The notes under the pieces are model-generated. The model saw only the letters and a list, made by a program, of their open reading frames with translations, did not search any database and had not been told where the DNA came from. Of a stretch of DNA of 11,890 bases, positions 7,602 to 11,890 are shown one piece after another. Position numbers and translations under genes: made by a program. This DNA is from Leptospirales bacterium (GTDB lineage: Bacteria; Spirochaetota; Leptospiria; Turneriellales; JAOUFE01), in NCBI GenBank assembly GCA_040326155.1, contig JBEQLE010000099.1:1-11890 (forward strand). Reading direction: 5' to 3'. Numbering within the stretch: position 1 is the stretch's first letter; each line of letters opens with the position of its first letter.

Positions 7602-8770
7602 TCGTCTTTTGAAACTTCCTGGCCATCTGAATTTTCGGTTACACCTTCCGATATTATAAACATTTTTTTACGTAATTCAGACACACCCTCTTTCGAAAGG
7701 GTATCGCCCCAGATTGCCCCCGGATATTTCTTTTCCAAAATTTCCTTCTCTTCGGGGAAGACTAAATCGTTTTTATTAAAAAACAAAATTTGATTTGTAG
7801 CTGAAACTTCCAGTTTGTCGAGTTCCTCTTCGACAACTTTAATTTCTTCTTCAGCAAGTAGACTGGAAGCGTCGGCTACAAGAATAATAGTTTCGACATG
7901 GGAGACCTCTTCCAGTGTAGATTTAAACGCAGCTGCCAGGTTCAGGGGCAGGTTGCGAATGAAACCCACTGTGTCAGAAACTATACAATAAAGTGGTTTA
8001 TAATCTTTTTCACCGAGATAGACTTTTCTAGTATACGAATCGAGAGTAGCAAAAAGACGATCTTCCGCAAAAAGTTTTGCCGCCGAAGACGATAGACGAT
8101 TTAACAAAGAAGTTTTGCCGGCATTGGTATAACCGACTAATGAAAATGTATGAATTGTTCTGTTTTTTCTGGCGTTGGCCCGGTGCTTGCTGACTTGCAC
8201 CAGATCTTTTTTTATTTTTTGTATTCGTCTGCGAATGTGACGTCGGTCAGTTTCGAGCATGGTTTCACCGGGACCCCTGGTACCGATGCCGCCCCCGAGA
8301 CGAGACAACACGCCGCCTAAGCCTTTAAGACGGGGTAGAATATAGGTCAACTGAGCAAGTTCCACCTGAAGAGCGGCCTCTTTTGTTTTTGCCCTCATTG
8401 CAAAAATATCGAGAATAAGTTCCACGCGGCCGATTACCCGAATTTTCCATAACTCTTCGAGGTTTTTTATTTGAGCTGGACGCAAGTTGGCATCGACGAT
8501 AACAAGTGTAATGCTATTTTCTTGAATAGACTCTTTTGCTTTTGTAAGAGTTCCGCCGGTGAAAAAATAACCCGCATCGGGGTTTCTGTTGGCAACCATC
8601 ATGTCATAAATATTAAAGATACCGGCGGTATCGCTGAGTAAAAAAAGCTCGTGCAAAGACTCTTCTTGAATCTCCCGCGATGGATATTCTCGCGAACCGT
8701 ACTGGCCTATGAGCAGTGCGGTGTAGTCGCCAGAGTCAAGTTTTTTATTGAGTAGGGAGGAGGCGTCCAT
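7577..8770 (-). CDS. hflX: Ribosome-splitting GTPase HflX
   Basis: LILDIFAMRAKTKEAALQVELAQL, GGGIGTRGPGET-x-LE-x-DRR, G1 GYTNAGKT, LFATLD, G3 DTVGFI, G4 NKND. Confidence 0.97.
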   Translation of the reverse strand: MDASSLLNKKLDSGDYTALLIGQYGSREYPSREIQEESLHELFLLSDTAGIFNIYDMMVANRNPDAGYFFTGGTLTKAKESIQENSITLVIVDANLRPAQIKNLEELWKIRVIGRVELILDIFAMRAKTKEAALQVELAQLTYILPRLKGLGGVLSRLGGGIGTRGPGETMLETDRRHIRRRIQKIKKDLVQVSKHRANARKNRTIHTFSLVGYTNAGKTSLLNRLSSSAAKLFAEDRLFATLDSYTRKVYLGEKDYKPLYCIVSDTVGFIRNLPLNLAAAFKSTLEEVSHVETIILVADASSLLAEEEIKVVEEELDKLEVSATNQILFFNKNDLVFPEEKEILEKKYPGAIWGDTLSKEGVSELRKKMFIISEGVTENSDGQEVSKDDQPGSVSG

Positions 8771-8787
8771 TTGATCGAATTACTTGG

Positions 8788-9297
8788 TTATTTGGTGCGT
8801 TCGTCAGCTTTAACAATAGAAATACTGGAACCATGGTAAACTAAATTTTTTCGATACCACCCATTATTTGCTTCAATCGCATAGATTGCTTTTTCCGTAG
8901 AACGAATAAAGGTTTCATCATAAGGTTTCATATTATAAATTTCCGAAATGACTCTGTCTTCGGTAATAAACGCGATTGATAAGGGAATTGCAGTGTTTCG
9001 CATCCAGAAATTCAAATAAACCGGTTTGTCGTATAGAAAGATCATCCCCATGTTTTTGGGCAGGCTCTCTCGAAACATCAGCCCCTTGCGTTTCTCTTTT
9101 TCCGTACGAGCGATTTCAACATAAAGTACAACTTTTTGTTTTTTCAGGTTGGTAAAATAGATGGTCCAGATTTTTGGTTTTGCGTTGGCGCTTTCAACTG
9201 GATTGCTGAGCCACAAAAAAGAGATACATAGAGTCACTGTAAACACCCCGACCAGGGGTCGTTTGAATGGAATTTTCAATAATAAAGTTTTTAACAT
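8788..9297 (-). CDS. DUF192-family exported protein
   Basis: VEIART-x-x-E-x-x-KGLMFR, GMIFLY, FWMRNTAIPLSIAFI and YAIEANNGW, with an N-terminal hydrophobic segment. Confidence 0.93.
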   Translation of the reverse strand: MLKTLLLKIPFKRPLVGVFTVTLCISFLWLSNPVESANAKPKIWTIYFTNLKKQKVVLYVEIARTEKEKRKGLMFRESLPKNMGMIFLYDKPVYLNFWMRNTAIPLSIAFITEDRVISEIYNMKPYDETFIRSTEKAIYAIEANNGWYRKNLVYHGSSISIVKADERTK

Positions 9298-9304
9298 ACG
9301 TTAT

Positions 9305-10846
9305 TTATTCCCACTCAATTGTCGCGGGGGGTTTAGAGGAGATATCGTACACCACCCGGTTTATACCTGATATTTCATTTATAATTCGGTTCGAGACCTG
9401 GCCTAAAAAGTCAAATGGCAGACGACCAAAATCGGCGGTCATTCCGTCTGTCGATTCAACCGACCTTAGCGCGATTACGTTTTCATAGGTTCGCTTATCA
9501 CCCATAACTCCCACAGATTGTATGGGAAGAAACACAGCAAAAGCCTGCCAGACCTTGTCGTAGTTGCCGCTGCTTTTTAGTTCCTCGAGAAATATAGCGT
9601 CGGCTTTTCGCAATATATCGAGACGCTCTTTTGAAATTTGTCCAATAATTCGAATGGCCAAACCCGGACCCGGAAAGGGGTGGCGAAAAATAAGTTCTCG
9701 GGGCATTCCCAGAGTAAGACCGAGTTCGCGAACTTCGTCTTTAAAAAGCTCTTTTAACGGCTCTATAACCTTGCCCGCTTCGAGCAGATCTAGAATTTCC
9801 TGAACTCTGTTATGATGAGACTTTATGGTATCTGACGGTCCTTTTACGGAGACCGATTCAATAACATCGGTGTATAAAGTTCCCTGGGCCAAAAATTCAT
9901 GGTGACCGATTTCATGAGAAACCCTGGAAAATTCTTCGACAAACAGTTTACCTATAATTTTACGTTTTTGCTCCGGGTCCGTTATAGCTTCCAGCTGGCT
10001 TAAAAACCGCTCGCCGGCATCTACAACGATCAATTCAATATTAAAAAACTGACCAAACCTTTCGACAACCGCATTGGTCTCATTCAACCGCATCAGGCCG
10101 TTATCTACATAGACACAGGTAAGGGCGTCGCCGATGGCGTCATGGATGAGTTTCGCGGTAACCATAGAGTCGACCCCGCCAGAAAGCCCGAGTATAACTT
10201 TTTCGTTACCAACAATTTTACGTATCTCTTCTATTTTAGATTTTGCAAAATTGTCCATAGTCCAGCCGGGTTTTGCATTGCAAATTTTAGAACAGAAGTT
10301 TTCCAGAATTATCTGGCCTTCGTTTGTGTGCTGAACTTCGGGGTGAAATTGAACCGCATAAATGGGCTTTTTTTCGTGACGCATGACCGCATGCGGAGAA
10401 GAATTCGTCGTTGCAATGGTGGTAAAACCCGAAGCCGCTTCGGTTACCTTGTCTCCGTGACTCATCCACACTTGTGATTGCGGGCTTAAACCGTCTAAAA
10501 ACGGGTCTTCTGTTTGTACGGACAGGTTTGCCTTGCCATATTCACGTTTCGTCGACGCCTCCACTTTACCGCCGAAATGGTCGCTCAAAAGTTGCATTCC
10601 ATAGCAAATGCCTAAAATTGGAAGTTCCAGATCGAGAATGGACTGATCTGGGCGCGGCGCCGCCTCTTCGTATATAGAAGAGGGGCCACCCGATAATATT
10701 ATACCAGCAGGTTTGAGCTTTGTAATCTCATCTACCGGGGTATGATACGGATATATTTCAGTATAATAATGCAGCTCGCGAATTTTTCGCGCTATTAATT
10801 GCGTATACTGAGAGCCAAAGTCTAAAATAACAATCAAATTTTCCAC
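9305..10846 (-). CDS. guaA: GMP synthase (glutamine-hydrolysing)
   Basis: ILDFGSQYTQLIAR, catalytic GICYGMQ, QFHPEV, PP-loop LSGGVDS, RHPFPGPGLAIR and C-terminal KPPATIEWE. GTG start. Confidence 0.99.
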   Translation of the reverse strand: MENLIVILDFGSQYTQLIARKIRELHYYTEIYPYHTPVDEITKLKPAGIILSGGPSSIYEEAAPRPDQSILDLELPILGICYGMQLLSDHFGGKVEASTKREYGKANLSVQTEDPFLDGLSPQSQVWMSHGDKVTEAASGFTTIATTNSSPHAVMRHEKKPIYAVQFHPEVQHTNEGQIILENFCSKICNAKPGWTMDNFAKSKIEEIRKIVGNEKVILGLSGGVDSMVTAKLIHDAIGDALTCVYVDNGLMRLNETNAVVERFGQFFNIELIVVDAGERFLSQLEAITDPEQKRKIIGKLFVEEFSRVSHEIGHHEFLAQGTLYTDVIESVSVKGPSDTIKSHHNRVQEILDLLEAGKVIEPLKELFKDEVRELGLTLGMPRELIFRHPFPGPGLAIRIIGQISKERLDILRKADAIFLEELKSSGNYDKVWQAFAVFLPIQSVGVMGDKRTYENVIALRSVESTDGMTADFGRLPFDFLGQVSNRIINEISGINRVVYDISSKPPATIEWE

Positions 10847-11074
10847 TGGATGAGAGGGTTTATTGGCGAAATGCCCTGTCCATATTTTTTTAGGAGGGGG
10901 TCGATGGTTTTTTTCTCATCAGGAATTTCACAAACCCCCTTGTCTGCGAATTTTTTTGCATTGTAGTACCGCTGTAGCGGTTAAAAAACTTTAAAAAAGA
11001 TTCTCCGCCATCCCCCTGGTAAATTCGAAGACCGAGTAGTGTAATACCTTTCTACAGTGTAAAGAATTTCGTAT

Positions 11075-11114
11075 GGTGTAGCTCCGAACGCCGGTAGGCG
11101 TTCGGAGCTACACC
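11075..11114. repeat. Perfect 18-bp GC-rich inverted repeat (REP-like element or terminator)
   Basis: GGTGTAGCTCCGAACGCC-GGTA-GGCGTTCGGAGCTACACC. Confidence 0.9.
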
Positions 11115-11140
11115 CACTATGTCAAGCGGCTTTGAGTTTT

Positions 11141-11401
11141 TTATTCAAGTGGCTCTTTTTTAGCAGCCTGTGTGATACGAACTGCGATTTGAATTGAGAG
11201 TATGGCACCAGTTGCAGCCGCACCATAGGAAGCTATTGTACCCATGCTTGGTGCAATAGAGAAACCCGCAGCGGTTCCAGTAATTGCCAGAGAAAACATT
11301 ATACCAATTGCTGGTATGACTTTTGCCAATCCCCAAAGACCGAGAAATATAGCTATGCCATGAGCTATTACTAAAATAGAATTTTTAGAATTATCATCCA
11401 T
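11141..11401 (-). CDS. Small Gly/Ala-rich membrane protein, possibly truncated; candidate cassette gene
   Basis: 86 aa with 2-3 hydrophobic segments and an AT-rich leader containing TTGACA on the minus strand (11443-11448). Confidence 0.6.
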   Translation of the reverse strand: MDDNSKNSILVIAHGIAIFLGLWGLAKVIPAIGIMFSLAITGTAAGFSIAPSMGTIASYGAAATGAILSIQIAVRITQAAKKEPLE

Positions 11402-11518
11402 ATGTATATAAAGTTATATAGTTACATATACTAAAGACGAAATGTCAAAACATATTCTTTATTTTTTTACGAGCACACAAAGTGTTACCTATGTTGTGAC
11501 TAGACTGGTTGTCATTTT

Positions 11519-11652
11519 ACATAACGTGGCAACTTTATCTGATGTTTTGGGGCTACTTGAGTCAGCCATGGGAGCGCAAAGCAAACCTCAAGTTTTGTGC
11601 GACCATGGCGATTCCACTGAAAAAAGGGGGCTTTGCATAAGCAGTGTTTAAA
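11519..11652 (-). mobile_element. attC-like recombination site (long imperfect palindrome), apparently solitary in this window
   Basis: Minus strand reads AAC-ACTGC-TTATGC...GATAA-AGTTGCCAC-GTTATGT, giving terminal AAC/GTT triplets and inner boxes that pair with one extra base. Central stems on the plus strand are GAGTCAGCCATGG/CCATGGCGATTC and CGCAAAGCAAAC/GTTTTGTGCG. Confidence 0.6.
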
Positions 11653-11736
11653 AAAACAAATAATGTTAAGTACTAAATATTATTCTTGACGCCGAATATA
11701 TTGGAATAATCTAATTTTTTCCTGGAGCCTGGTAAA

Positions 11737-11889
11737 TCAGGTGTGTTTCAAAGTAAGGGCTTTGAAAAACCGGCGGACGTTCAATGCCGTGGCGGCGGCA
11801 TAGCATTGAAATTGCCGTCCCTTTTGTCCCTTGTAGCGTATTTTCCTGAACCCATGAAAGCGTACAAGTTCACTGATTGTGCCTTCAAT
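11737..11889 (-). CDS. C-terminal 50 aa of an IS1182-family-like DDE transposase (continues beyond the window)
   Basis: Manual translation: IEGTISELVRFHGFRKIRYKGQKGRQFQCYAAATALNVRRFFKALTLKHT*. This matches the IEG-x-x-SE...HG-x-R-x-x-RY-x-G...A-x-N-x-x-R pattern that carries the last catalytic Glu. Not in the ORF track. Confidence 0.88.
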   Translation of the reverse strand: MEGTISELVRFHGFRKIRYKGQKGRQFQCYAAATALNVRRFFKALTLKHT

Positions 11890-11890
11890 G

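Noticed and set aside
10847..11070. Purine riboswitch upstream of guaA
   Set aside because: The conserved aptamer core is not recognisable. Only short G/C-run pairings (about 10894-10940) are present.
11442..11651. 69-aa plus-strand ORF
   Set aside because: It runs through the attC-like palindrome and has no recognisable protein features.
11686..11712. Sigma70-like promoter TTGACG...TAATCT
   Set aside because: The spacer is only 15 nt and there is no plus-strand gene downstream within the window.
11740..11890. Hairpin-rich stretch that first suggested a 6S RNA or riboswitch
   Set aside because: The minus strand reads as a clear transposase C-terminus, which explains the sequence better.

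Overview
This window is bacterial chromosomal DNA. A Leptospirales-like spirochaete origin is inferred from the spirochaete-type lipobox and the GuaA 'SHHNRV...GKVIEP' variant. From left to right it holds: the 3' part of an ArsC/Spx-family gene missed by the ORF track; an EVE-domain gene and an SH3b lipoprotein gene (minus strand); a 610-bp divergent intergenic region with a decaying 30-bp tandem repeat and several palindromes; and a three-gene class III histidine kinase module (membrane sensor-Hpt-HATPase without CheW, a CheY-like receiver, CheX) closed by a 19-bp hairpin. Next come a two-gene unit whose products both look like zinc metallopeptidases that have lost the HExxH motif, and a convergent guaA-DUF192-hflX operon. 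The accessory right end has a perfect 18-bp hairpin, a small membrane-protein gene behind an attC-like element, and the C-terminus of an IS1182-type transposase, also missed by the ORF track. All family assignments come from motif recognition, not from database searches.
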